Positions 9,824-19,052 of a stretch of 64,000 nt of DNA are shown one piece after another. Both the position numbers and the translations under genes were made by a program. Location of the stretch: IMG/VR virus record IMGVR_UViG_3300032319_001025, positions 32,001 through 96,000 of that record, one strand, 5' to 3'. The notes below the pieces were generated by a model. It was not told the DNA's origin and searched no databases. It saw only the letters and a program-made list of their open reading frames with translations. Origin of the DNA: a virus (taxonomy: Duplodnaviria > Caudoviricetes). Each line of letters starts with the position of its first letter. Position 1 is the stretch's first letter.

Positions 9824-9832
9824 ACTTAATCT
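9824..9832 (+). promoter_or_regulatory. Candidate late promoter motif ACTTAATCT
   Basis: Intergenic, 34 nt before the ATG at 9867. Confidence 0.65.
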
Positions 9833-9866
9833 TTTAAGTAGGCATTATTAAAAGAGTTTTAATAAA

Positions 9867-11018
9867 ATGGCAAAACTAACAAAAACAGATTATTTTGATG
9901 CTTTGTGGAATTTGTATCAAGAAAACAAAAAAAAGGCATCTATGCCACCACACGTTGGCGGCGAAGAACAGAAATATGTTGTTCATGTTGGTGGTCAAGC
10001 AATAACCGAACCCAAAACATACAAGCAAATTATTCAAGACCATGGCGACATTAAAAGATTAGAAGCATCTGGAGCAAGAGTTCTCCCCCATGTGCCAAAA
10101 ACAACACCAAAACCGCCACCATTGCCTAAACAAACAAAGACAATGGGCAAAAACCAAGATATTAAAATACCTAAAAAAGAATTTATTAAAGAGCACAAGC
10201 GCTTAATTGATGTTCTCGAGTCTCCTTCCCATAAAGATGACGTACAGGAAGCTAAAAAACAAAGAAAAGAATTAAAAGAAATCAACAAATCAGATAAATA
10301 CTTTCAAAATTTAAAAAAGGGCTACGCACAAAAAAAACTTCCAGTAGATCCAAATAAAGAATCTCAAATGAATGCCATGTTAATAGATAAATGGCAAAAT
10401 GAACAATATACGCCAACTAGAGCATTAATTAAACCATTAACTGGAAATTTAAGGCAAAGAGCGTTAAATAGACTAGCTGGTACAACAAAAGTCAGAAAAG
10501 CAAAAGACGGCAAAAGAGAGTTTTTATTGTATCGAGGTGTTAGCGATTCTGAAAAAGATAGCGCATTAGATAACAACGTTTTAAATTATCCAGAAAACCA
10601 ATACACTTCATGGACACCACATCAGGGAATAGCTGGTAGATTTGCAAATAGCAGAATGGGTCATATTATTGGCGCATGGATTCATGAAAATGATATACAA
10701 CATTACCCTAAAATGGTTGGAAATGTATATGAAAGGCATAAAGGAAAGCCTATTAAATCCGCAAATGATTATGCTGGAGAAGATGAAATTATAGTTAGAC
10801 ATACTAGACCGCATGAAGGGCACGTAACGCATTCATTTTCTACGGATTCAAATTTTATAAAATATAACACTAAAAGTCCGATTAAAAACGAAATTAAACC
10901 AGAAAGATTGGTTGCATCAGAAGAAAAAAAGAACAACGAAGACTTCTTAAAAGAAGAAATATTGGATTTTTCCGATGAAGAAACCCTAGAGCACTCTACT
11001 AACAAGTGGAGTAAATAA
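9867..11018 (+). CDS. Polyprotein with ADP-ribosyltransferase-like domain
   Basis: REFLLYRGVS / YTSWTP / GAWIHE / GEDEIIV, clearly paralogous to the ART domain of 985..3582. Linkers INKSDKYFQNLKKG and RLVASE. Confidence 0.7.
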   Translation: MAKLTKTDYFDALWNLYQENKKKASMPPHVGGEEQKYVVHVGGQAITEPKTYKQIIQDHGDIKRLEASGARVLPHVPKTTPKPPPLPKQTKTMGKNQDIKIPKKEFIKEHKRLIDVLESPSHKDDVQEAKKQRKELKEINKSDKYFQNLKKGYAQKKLPVDPNKESQMNAMLIDKWQNEQYTPTRALIKPLTGNLRQRALNRLAGTTKVRKAKDGKREFLLYRGVSDSEKDSALDNNVLNYPENQYTSWTPHQGIAGRFANSRMGHIIGAWIHENDIQHYPKMVGNVYERHKGKPIKSANDYAGEDEIIVRHTRPHEGHVTHSFSTDSNFIKYNTKSPIKNEIKPERLVASEEKKNNEDFLKEEILDFSDEETLEHSTNKWSK

Positions 11019-13774
11019 TGCCTGTTTTAACTCCAGAACAACACGAAAAGGAAATGCACTTAGCAGCTAGTTCTGGCGACTGGGATAAAGCTATAAAACA
11101 CGCAAAATCCCAACCTAAAAATTGGTCGGCTTTTGATAAATTACCCCAATATGAAATCCCCCCAGAAGCTTTTGAAAAAGTAATTAATTCGGTTCCAAAA
11201 AATGATAGGGCTAATTTTTATTTTGAGCTTGCAAGCAACCTTCATCCAAATTTAACTCATGATCAATTAGATTTTTTAGGCAGCAAAACTGGAAATGACA
11301 TTTACGCACAAGATTCAATAAAAAACCACCCTAATTGGAATCCTAAAGAATCAAAGAAAAATTTAGGTGAAAAGTCAGCATCTGATTTTTGGTTAAGCTA
11401 CGAAAGAAGAGTAGAGCCGCATCATTTTGCTACAATTAAGTCTATATTTTCTGGCAAACCAGAAGAAATAACAGATCATAGAGGTAAAACTGGAAACAGC
11501 CATTTAGGAAGTATTCAGAATGGAAGGCTATACGAAAAAGAAAGTAATATAGCCGCAAACGGACCTAAATTTTATGGCGATCAATTTTTATCAAACCTTA
11601 AAGACGTACATCCATATTTATTAGATCATGCAAAAAAAGTTCAAGACGCTATAATGCAGGATGAAAATATAGAAAAAAGAATTATAAACGGAAAACCTCA
11701 CATTAAACTTTATAGAGGTGTTGGAGGGTCTTACGCTAAAAGAATAGCAAAATCTTCAAAATATGATCCAAAAAATCATTCAGTTGAAAACAAAAAGTTT
11801 AAAATAAAATCAGCCCCCTTTAGTTCATGGTCTACTGAAAAAGAAGTAGCGGATAATTTTGCTAAATCCAGAACTAACATTACTGGAACTATAGGTCCAG
11901 CAAAACCAGGAGAATCTATAACACTATCTTCGTGGATTCCAGTAGAAAACATTTTACATTCGGGCTTTCATAGAATTCATACAGGTCAAGAACATGCACA
12001 TCCACATGAATCAGAAATAATAGTATCTCATCCAACAGGATACATGAATTTAAATTCAAAAGATTTACACCTCGTTAATACACTTAAAGACCCCTATTCA
12101 AGCGAAATTGAAAAAGTTTCAACAAGAGGCATTATCCCACAAAAACTGGCTGCATCAGAAAAAGAATATTTTAATGATTTGTTAGAAAAAAACCTCAGAT
12201 CTAAAATTGCTGCAGCAGCTCTAGGAGCATCTTTATTATCTACGCCAGCAAACATAAAAGAAATAAAACGACCATTAAATCAAATTCAAGAAAAACAAAC
12301 TCAATTACATCCAGATTTAGTTGATATTTCAGCAATTGAGAGTAATTACGGAAAAAACAAACAACATAAAAAAGTTTTAACTGGCGTTAACATGGGACAT
12401 AAAGCCGCTGGAGCTACTGGCTTAATGCCATTAACCATTAAAGAAACTATTAAAAGAAATAAAAACTTATCCGATAGATACCCACAAACCATTTCAATGG
12501 ATCACGATCAGTTAACTGATTTTATTAATAAAAACCCAAACATTGAAAACAAAATAGCTAATGCACATTATAAAAAACTTTTAAAGGTTTTTAGTAATAA
12601 CAAAAATAAAGCGATTTTTGCCTGGAGGAACGGCATTTCCGCAGCCAAAAACGCTTCACAAGAAGAAATAAATAACAATCCCTATGTAATAGCAGTAAAT
12701 AAAGCAAAAATAAACATAAATAAATCAGATAAATACTTTAAAAGTCTTAAAAAAACAAATACTAAGATTAATCAACCAAATAAAATAAATAAAAAATTTA
12801 TAGCTGTTATTAATAAAGGCACGTTATCAGATGGAAAATATAATCCTTCCCCTTTATATTATGTGGGCGATGGCAATCACATGACAGAACCATATAAAGC
12901 TATGGCTTTTGATTCAATAGAGCAAGGTAGAAAAGAAATTGAAAATTCTTGGAAAAAAAGATCTCAAAATGAAGAATATAAAAGAACGGCACCACATCCT
13001 TTTGACATTAGCTTTATAGAAGATCCAAGGCCAGGAAAATGGAACGAAGATGAAAGTTATTATGAAGATGAAAGCGGTAATCCAATTTTAGACAGTAAAG
13101 GCAATGTCATACACGCAAAAATGCCAAAACTAGAATTTAACGAACCTAATTCTATTATGGTGCATGTGGAAGACCCTTCAGATCAAAAAGAGCTAAAGCA
13201 AAAACAAAAATTAGCTTCAAGCTTAAAAAGCCAGGGCAAAAAAGTAGATTTAGTATATCCCAAAATGCCAGAACAAAAGGTAAAAATACAATCATACAAA
13301 GAAGCAATGAAAGAAATAGCAGAGCAGGAAGCAAAACAAAAATTAAAAGATTACGGATATGATGATGAAGGAGTAAAACAAGCTATTCAAACATCAGGAG
13401 AAAAAACAAACGTTATTCCAGAAAAATTAGCAGCATCTGAGCTTTATTTTAAAAATCTTAAAAAATCAAATGAAAACAAACAATTATTAAATAAATGGAA
13501 AAAATATTTTAAATCAAAAATCAAAAAAACTGACGGCATTACAACTACTACAATGCCAAGAGGACAAAGCCCTGGTCAAACAGGCCCATCATTAAATGGA
13601 ACATCAATTAAAGAACAGCCCAGAGGCCCGATTGGAACAATTAGGCCGTCAAAGGATTTACAGCAGATTTCACAGTCTTTTACGGGCAATTTGGGACAAC
13701 CTGGTATATCAGCAGCTGCATCAAATCTTAGAAGATTTTTGGGTAAATCTAAAGGTTTAAATAAAAAACAATAA
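11018..13774 (+). CDS. Polyprotein: ADP-ribosyltransferase-like + lytic transglycosylase (SLT/lysozyme-like) + unknown module
   Basis: KLYRGVG / FSSWST / HESEIIV triad. SLT motifs ISAIESNYG...AAGATGLMP...AW.NG. Linkers KLAASEKEYFNDLLEKN, INKSDKYFKSLKKT, KLAASELYFKNLKKS. Confidence 0.7.
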   Translation: MPVLTPEQHEKEMHLAASSGDWDKAIKHAKSQPKNWSAFDKLPQYEIPPEAFEKVINSVPKNDRANFYFELASNLHPNLTHDQLDFLGSKTGNDIYAQDSIKNHPNWNPKESKKNLGEKSASDFWLSYERRVEPHHFATIKSIFSGKPEEITDHRGKTGNSHLGSIQNGRLYEKESNIAANGPKFYGDQFLSNLKDVHPYLLDHAKKVQDAIMQDENIEKRIINGKPHIKLYRGVGGSYAKRIAKSSKYDPKNHSVENKKFKIKSAPFSSWSTEKEVADNFAKSRTNITGTIGPAKPGESITLSSWIPVENILHSGFHRIHTGQEHAHPHESEIIVSHPTGYMNLNSKDLHLVNTLKDPYSSEIEKVSTRGIIPQKLAASEKEYFNDLLEKNLRSKIAAAALGASLLSTPANIKEIKRPLNQIQEKQTQLHPDLVDISAIESNYGKNKQHKKVLTGVNMGHKAAGATGLMPLTIKETIKRNKNLSDRYPQTISMDHDQLTDFINKNPNIENKIANAHYKKLLKVFSNNKNKAIFAWRNGISAAKNASQEEINNNPYVIAVNKAKININKSDKYFKSLKKTNTKINQPNKINKKFIAVINKGTLSDGKYNPSPLYYVGDGNHMTEPYKAMAFDSIEQGRKEIENSWKKRSQNEEYKRTAPHPFDISFIEDPRPGKWNEDESYYEDESGNPILDSKGNVIHAKMPKLEFNEPNSIMVHVEDPSDQKELKQKQKLASSLKSQGKKVDLVYPKMPEQKVKIQSYKEAMKEIAEQEAKQKLKDYGYDDEGVKQAIQTSGEKTNVIPEKLAASELYFKNLKKSNENKQLLNKWKKYFKSKIKKTDGITTTTMPRGQSPGQTGPSLNGTSIKEQPRGPIGTIRPSKDLQQISQSFTGNLGQPGISAAASNLRRFLGKSKGLNKKQ

Positions 13775-13836
13775 TAAAATATATAACTAGTTGAATTAAT
13801 TAAATAAAATTAATCAAAAAAGCATTATTTTATATT

Positions 13837-13845
13837 ACTTAATCT
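13837..13845 (+). promoter_or_regulatory. Candidate late promoter motif ACTTAATCT
   Basis: Intergenic, before the ATG at 13863. Confidence 0.65.
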
Positions 13846-13862
13846 ATCAAATAGAGGTAATT

Positions 13863-15845
13863 ATGTCTAAGTCCTTATTAGAACAGGCTCAGGAATTATT
13901 AAAAAGCATTGAAAACAATCCAGAAGCATTAAAAGCTTTTCAAGAGCTTGTAAAAGCACGCGCAGAAGAATCAAAGCACATTGAAATGGAAATGTCACCA
14001 GACCAAGAAAAGAAAAAACGCATTGATGAATTGTCCAAAAAAATTAAAGCTTGCATGGAAAAAATGCAAAAAGAATCAATGGATAAAGACGACAAGCCAC
14101 ATTTACCAGGAACTCCAGAAGATAAAGCTCATGATGTTGTCGAAGAAGGCGAAAGTGTTAAAGAAGCCATTCACGGATTAAAAGATAAAAGTGAAGATTC
14201 TAAAAAAGAAATGCTTTCACATTTAAGATCTTTAAAAGATAAATCCCAGCTTAGAAGCCCAGAAAACAGGGAAGCTGGTAAAGAACCTCATGAAAAAGCT
14301 GAAACTGGACACGAAAAAGGTGTTCATCAAGCAGATTACAGCACAACTTATATAAAAGATAATAAAATTCAGCACGGTATTTCAACTGCTGGAATTAGAG
14401 CAAGAGAAGCCTCTAAACCCCGTTCTTTTAAAGAATATGAAGAATCACCTAAAGCAGCAAAGGCGGGTCACGAAAGAGTATTAGAAGAAATTAAACAACA
14501 GCCTAAACCCAACCTTCCTAAAACTGAAAAAGCTGAAACAGAAAAATCTGTACACGGAGTTCCAGGAAAAAATAGGCCGTTACATTCACGTGGCATACAC
14601 GAAACTGTAAGTCAAAGCAGCTCAGAGTTTGGCGGCGAAGCAAAAGAAAAAAGCCTTGCTGGATTAAAAGTAAGACGTGGAGATACTGCAGGAGCAAAGA
14701 AGGCACATAAAGAAATTGTTTCCGAGCAGAAAAAAATGCCTGTTGCAAAATTACCAAAAGCTGAAACAGAAAAAAATGAAACTTATTACAGAAATTTAGT
14801 TAAAAATACTTTAGAAAAACAACTAATGTCTCCACCGTTCGGAATGAGCGAAATGGAAAAAGAAGAAGACCCAAGAGAAATGGTTGAATCAAGTTTAATG
14901 GCAATTCACAGAAAAGCTAATTATTTGCAAAAATTGCTTCATGAAGTTTGCGAATGTAAAGAAGTGCCAGCTTGGGTTCAAGATAAGCTTTCTTCTGCTA
15001 AAACGCATATGACCGATGTAATGGATTTTATTGCATCTCAAGCAGGAAAAGGTAGTCATCATGAAGAGCAAGAAATGCACCCAGCCGAAACTGCAGAAAT
15101 TGTAGTAACTAAATCTGAATTAGAAAAAGCCAAAATTGACGAAGGTAAACAACTAGGAAGCAAAATAGCAGCAAGACAAGAAAGAAATATTAGGGACGTA
15201 ATTACAACTAAAACCCCTTCTGGACAAAAAACAAGGACAGCAAGATCTTCTGCAAGAAGAGAAAAAGAACTAGAAGAAGGTAAAAAGCCAGAATCTCTCT
15301 TATCTGCTTTAAAAGAGCATGCGGAAAGAAGGAAAGGCGAAAAAATTGTAGGAAAACCTAAAACACTAGAAAATATTAGCGGTAGAGACATTAGAGGCAA
15401 GTCTGCTGAACAAAGAGCTGGCGTACACATGCATTCTGGTTCAATGGCAGGTAAAGAAATGCCAATTGGAGTTTCTGCACCAGTTTTTGCAGATAAAAAA
15501 GGTAAAGCTTATCCTATTGGTGGATTATTCGGTGAAAATAAATATTCTTCTAAAGTTAGACATGAAGAAGTAATGGAAGGCTTAAAAAACATTAAGCCAA
15601 GTTTACCTAAGTCCGAAATGAAAAAAGAACAGCTCGAGCCAGCTCCGAAACCACAAAGCAAACCTAAAATGATTGCACCGCCTGCTAGTGGTGCTGGTGC
15701 AAGCGATGGGGGTCATGGCAACTGGAAAGGCGACGGAAAAGGCCCGAAAATGAAAAAACCAGTAAAATTTAACTATAAAATTGCAAAAGCTGAAAAAGTA
15801 CAATATTATTCAAATTTAGTTAAATCTTTATTAGATAAAAAGTAA
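13863..15845 (+). CDS. Charged, repeat-containing putative head-internal / scaffold-like protein
   Basis: K/E-rich; three internal repeats GxH...H.E(V/I)..E.K..P..LPK(T/A/S)E; a module with VPAWVQDKLS; termini paralogous to 23768..24490. Confidence 0.5.
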   Translation: MSKSLLEQAQELLKSIENNPEALKAFQELVKARAEESKHIEMEMSPDQEKKKRIDELSKKIKACMEKMQKESMDKDDKPHLPGTPEDKAHDVVEEGESVKEAIHGLKDKSEDSKKEMLSHLRSLKDKSQLRSPENREAGKEPHEKAETGHEKGVHQADYSTTYIKDNKIQHGISTAGIRAREASKPRSFKEYEESPKAAKAGHERVLEEIKQQPKPNLPKTEKAETEKSVHGVPGKNRPLHSRGIHETVSQSSSEFGGEAKEKSLAGLKVRRGDTAGAKKAHKEIVSEQKKMPVAKLPKAETEKNETYYRNLVKNTLEKQLMSPPFGMSEMEKEEDPREMVESSLMAIHRKANYLQKLLHEVCECKEVPAWVQDKLSSAKTHMTDVMDFIASQAGKGSHHEEQEMHPAETAEIVVTKSELEKAKIDEGKQLGSKIAARQERNIRDVITTKTPSGQKTRTARSSARREKELEEGKKPESLLSALKEHAERRKGEKIVGKPKTLENISGRDIRGKSAEQRAGVHMHSGSMAGKEMPIGVSAPVFADKKGKAYPIGGLFGENKYSSKVRHEEVMEGLKNIKPSLPKSEMKKEQLEPAPKPQSKPKMIAPPASGAGASDGGHGNWKGDGKGPKMKKPVKFNYKIAKAEKVQYYSNLVKSLLDKK

Positions 15846-15846
15846 T

Positions 15847-16089
15847 ATGTCTAAAAAAGACAAAAAGTACAATACTTTTGAAGATTCGGCAAAAAGAACC
15901 GAATTCAAGAAAAATATTGAATACAAAGAGCCTATGCTTCAGCTTAATTTTGATGCATGGTTCACCAAGGTTGCTAACGAAAGAAAGTTTAACAGCAATC
16001 TTAAAGAAGCTCTAAAACTTCATTTTGAAGTTAACGGGTTTATGGAAAATAAAAAGTTTGATGAAGGATTAAAACACTTCGGCTTTTAA
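15847..16089 (+). CDS. Small hypothetical protein upstream of the sheath
   Basis: 80-aa ORF tightly coupled to the previous gene. Confidence 0.6.
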   Translation: MSKKDKKYNTFEDSAKRTEFKKNIEYKEPMLQLNFDAWFTKVANERKFNSNLKEALKLHFEVNGFMENKKFDEGLKHFGF

Positions 16090-16110
16090 AAAGAGCAAGA
16101 AAATCAAATA

Positions 16111-16119
16111 ACTTAATCT
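16111..16119 (+). promoter_or_regulatory. Candidate late promoter motif ACTTAATCT
   Basis: Upstream of the sheath gene. Confidence 0.7.
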
Positions 16120-16149
16120 TATACTATAAGATATAGGGAGTATTTAAAA

Positions 16150-18960
16150 ATGGCTCAATCATATACTACAGATAGCGGAATAACATTAAAGATTCCAGGT
16201 ACTTATGTAGAACAACAAGTCCGTTCAAATCAAGGCGGGGTTGCTACTGCTGGAATCGTCACCCTAATTGGTGAAGCTAACGAAGGTCCAGATTATACTC
16301 AAGAATCAGATTTAGATGCAAATTTATTTTCTCCTAGTGACATCGCCTCTGTCATAGTTAAATACGGTTCTGGACGAATTGTAGATGCTTTTAGAGCTAT
16401 TGTAGCCGCAGCTAATGATCCAGCTATTGTAGGTTCTGTTTCTGGTGTTAAAATTGTAAAAGTTAATGCTTCTTCTACTGCTGAAGCTATGTTGGCTCGA
16501 GCTGGTTTTGGTGATTATGCCACAATGTCGGCAAGAAGAGCTGGTGCCCCTGGAAACTTGATTAAATATTTAAATAGCGTAGCAACCGCTGAATTAGCAC
16601 CAACAACAGGTGCATTTTCTTATGTTCCGCATTATAGCGCATCGGCTGTTTCATTTAATTTAAGACAGAACGGATCTGCAGTAGACTCAAATTCTATCGC
16701 TAGTTTAACCGATGGACCTACCTTTGCCTCAACTATTGAAAACATTGCTTTAGGTACTCTGGCTTCTGGCGGAACCCTTAAAAAACCTTTAACTAGCTCT
16801 GTAGGTAACATCTCAGTTGCTGTAGTTGATGCCGGAACAAGTTTAATCGCCATTACAATGCCTGGTTCTATCGCTTCGGCAAATTTACCTTCGGTCGGAG
16901 ATTCTCTAGTTATCCCAAAAACTGGTGATTTTGGTGCCGCTGCTGATTCCGATATTATCGGTGCTGCTGATGCTAACAGAGGCGCATACATAGTTACTGA
17001 CGTTGTTAACGGAACCACAACTGCTATTATTACGGCAAAAAGATTAAACGCACCTTCAGGTGCTCCATCTGTAGCTGCAGTATTAGCTACTCCAATTTCT
17101 TCTGATGAATCGGTTCTTTGCTACACTCAAGTAGAAGTTAAAAATATTACTGGAATGGATAGACAATCTACCGTTGGATTATCTGGCGTGACATTCAATA
17201 CTACATCTAATTCTAACGGCACTTTTGTAATGTCGTTGAGCACTTCTTGGGCAGCTCAACCAAAAGCTGGTGATTATGTTAAAGTAGCTTCCCCGTTTGC
17301 TGGAGTTGCTGCTGGTCTTTATCAGGTAACAACATCTACTTCAAGTTCTTTTACTTGTTCCAGACTTTCAAACGGTTCTTCTGGAGCAACAGGTTCTCAA
17401 TTAGTTGCTGGTCCAATTTCTCAAGGTGCTCAACCTTTTACTGTTTTAAAACCTGCAATTGACGGTTTAGGTAAGAGCATGGAAATTGTTTCCGAGCCTT
17501 CATCGATTTGTAAAAACCCTGCTACTGGTGCTGCAGCTGCTTTTGCTACAGGAAAACCTCTGCTAGTTTCTGGTGCAGAATATAAAGTTTCTACTACTAT
17601 TAGCCGTAGCAACACTACAGATACTTTTAAATCTGGCGGAAGCGTAATTGCAAGCTTTGGTTGCATTGAAGAACTAGCTGATATGGTAGTAGGTTCTTCA
17701 GATATTAAATTTAGAATTAATGGTTCAGAAATCTTTGCTTGTGCTTACGATCAATTCCCAACAATAAAAGATGTTGTTGATTTTGCTAACAGCCAAACAG
17801 GATTTTCTGGCGCAGTTACTACTTCTAGCTTTAATTTAACTGCTTCTAGCAGCTTGGATAGAGGCACATTTAAATTAAGCGCATCGTCGGCTTCTTCTAA
17901 GCCAGCTCGAGTTAAAAAGGATGCGATTGAATTTCAAACAAATGCGAGCGGCGGCTCTTTAGCAACCGTTTCTTTGGCTGGAGTTCAATCTGGTCTTCCA
18001 GAAGCTATGGATTTAGCACAGTTTTTAACTGGTGGAGCTAAAGGCGGTAGCACTGGAGCTAATTGGGTATCAGCAATTGATGCATGCCAAGGAGTTATTA
18101 CAAACTTCATGGTTCCGTTGATCAGTAAAGATGCATCTGCCGATATTTTAACTGGAGATACAGAATCAACTTCTACCTATACAGTTGATGCTGTCAATGC
18201 TTATTTAAAATCTCATGTTGTTGACATGAGTTCTTTAAAAGCTCGTAAAAATCGTTCAGCTATTGTTTCAAAAAGCGGCACTTATGAAGAACAAAAGCAA
18301 GCTGCTTCATCTTTAGCAAGCTATAGAGTGTCAATGGCTTTCCAAGATGTTAAAGCTATAAGCGGAAGCGGTACAATCGTCCAATATCAACCTTGGATGG
18401 CTGCAATTATCGCTGCAGGAATGCAAGCTGCTGCTGGATACAGAGGTATCGTTAAAAAGTTTGCTAACATTAGCGGTATCGTTAAACCCGAAAAAGACTT
18501 TGACACTAAAATACCTTCTAACCTAGAAGATGCTTTAACTGCAGGTCTTTTAATTCTTGAGCCAGTTCAAACTGGTGGATTTAGATGGGTTTCAGACCAA
18601 ACAACTTATTCTGCTGATAATAATTTTGTGTACAACAGTCTACAAGCTGTTTATATCGCAGATATTATGGCTCTTACATTAATTCAAAATTTTGATAGAG
18701 CTATTGTTGGTAAGTCTGTCGCTGAAATTAGTGCTCAAATTGCATTAGTTTTCTTAGAAAGCGAAATGTTTAACTTCTTAAGATTAAAATTCATAGCTCC
18801 ATCTGATGATGCTCCAAAAGGCTATAAAAATGCCAAAGTTACACTTAAAGGTGGAGTAATGAGCATATATCTAGAAGCTAAGCTAGCTGGACTAATTTAT
18901 TTCGTGCCTATACAGTTCGAAATCAGTCAAGTTGAACAAACAGCTACACAAGCTCAATAA
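16150..18960 (+). CDS. Contractile tail sheath protein with large insertion domains
   Basis: N-terminal IPGTYVEQ and LIGEANEGP; C-terminal LTGGAKGG...GFRWVSDQTTY...NFVYNSLQ; GGGAG RBS. Confidence 0.9.
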   Translation: MAQSYTTDSGITLKIPGTYVEQQVRSNQGGVATAGIVTLIGEANEGPDYTQESDLDANLFSPSDIASVIVKYGSGRIVDAFRAIVAAANDPAIVGSVSGVKIVKVNASSTAEAMLARAGFGDYATMSARRAGAPGNLIKYLNSVATAELAPTTGAFSYVPHYSASAVSFNLRQNGSAVDSNSIASLTDGPTFASTIENIALGTLASGGTLKKPLTSSVGNISVAVVDAGTSLIAITMPGSIASANLPSVGDSLVIPKTGDFGAAADSDIIGAADANRGAYIVTDVVNGTTTAIITAKRLNAPSGAPSVAAVLATPISSDESVLCYTQVEVKNITGMDRQSTVGLSGVTFNTTSNSNGTFVMSLSTSWAAQPKAGDYVKVASPFAGVAAGLYQVTTSTSSSFTCSRLSNGSSGATGSQLVAGPISQGAQPFTVLKPAIDGLGKSMEIVSEPSSICKNPATGAAAAFATGKPLLVSGAEYKVSTTISRSNTTDTFKSGGSVIASFGCIEELADMVVGSSDIKFRINGSEIFACAYDQFPTIKDVVDFANSQTGFSGAVTTSSFNLTASSSLDRGTFKLSASSASSKPARVKKDAIEFQTNASGGSLATVSLAGVQSGLPEAMDLAQFLTGGAKGGSTGANWVSAIDACQGVITNFMVPLISKDASADILTGDTESTSTYTVDAVNAYLKSHVVDMSSLKARKNRSAIVSKSGTYEEQKQAASSLASYRVSMAFQDVKAISGSGTIVQYQPWMAAIIAAGMQAAAGYRGIVKKFANISGIVKPEKDFDTKIPSNLEDALTAGLLILEPVQTGGFRWVSDQTTYSADNNFVYNSLQAVYIADIMALTLIQNFDRAIVGKSVAEISAQIALVFLESEMFNFLRLKFIAPSDDAPKGYKNAKVTLKGGVMSIYLEAKLAGLIYFVPIQFEISQVEQTATQAQ

Positions 18961-18976
18961 AATCAACTATTTATAT

Positions 18977-19008
18977 AAAACGCAAGATTTTATATCTTGC
19001 GTTTTTTT
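18977..19008 (+). terminator. Rho-independent terminator after the sheath gene
   Basis: AAAACGCAAGAT-TTTAT-ATCTTGCGTTTT hairpin followed by a T run. Confidence 0.85.
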
Positions 19009-19009
19009 A

Positions 19010-19037
19010 TTGCTTTTTATTCATAAGTGTGTATAAT
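19010..19037 (+). promoter_or_regulatory. Sigma70-like promoter for the endonuclease gene
   Basis: TTGCTT-16 nt-TATAAT, 15 nt before the ATG at 19053. Confidence 0.5.
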
Positions 19038-19052
19038 AACTATATGTAATTT

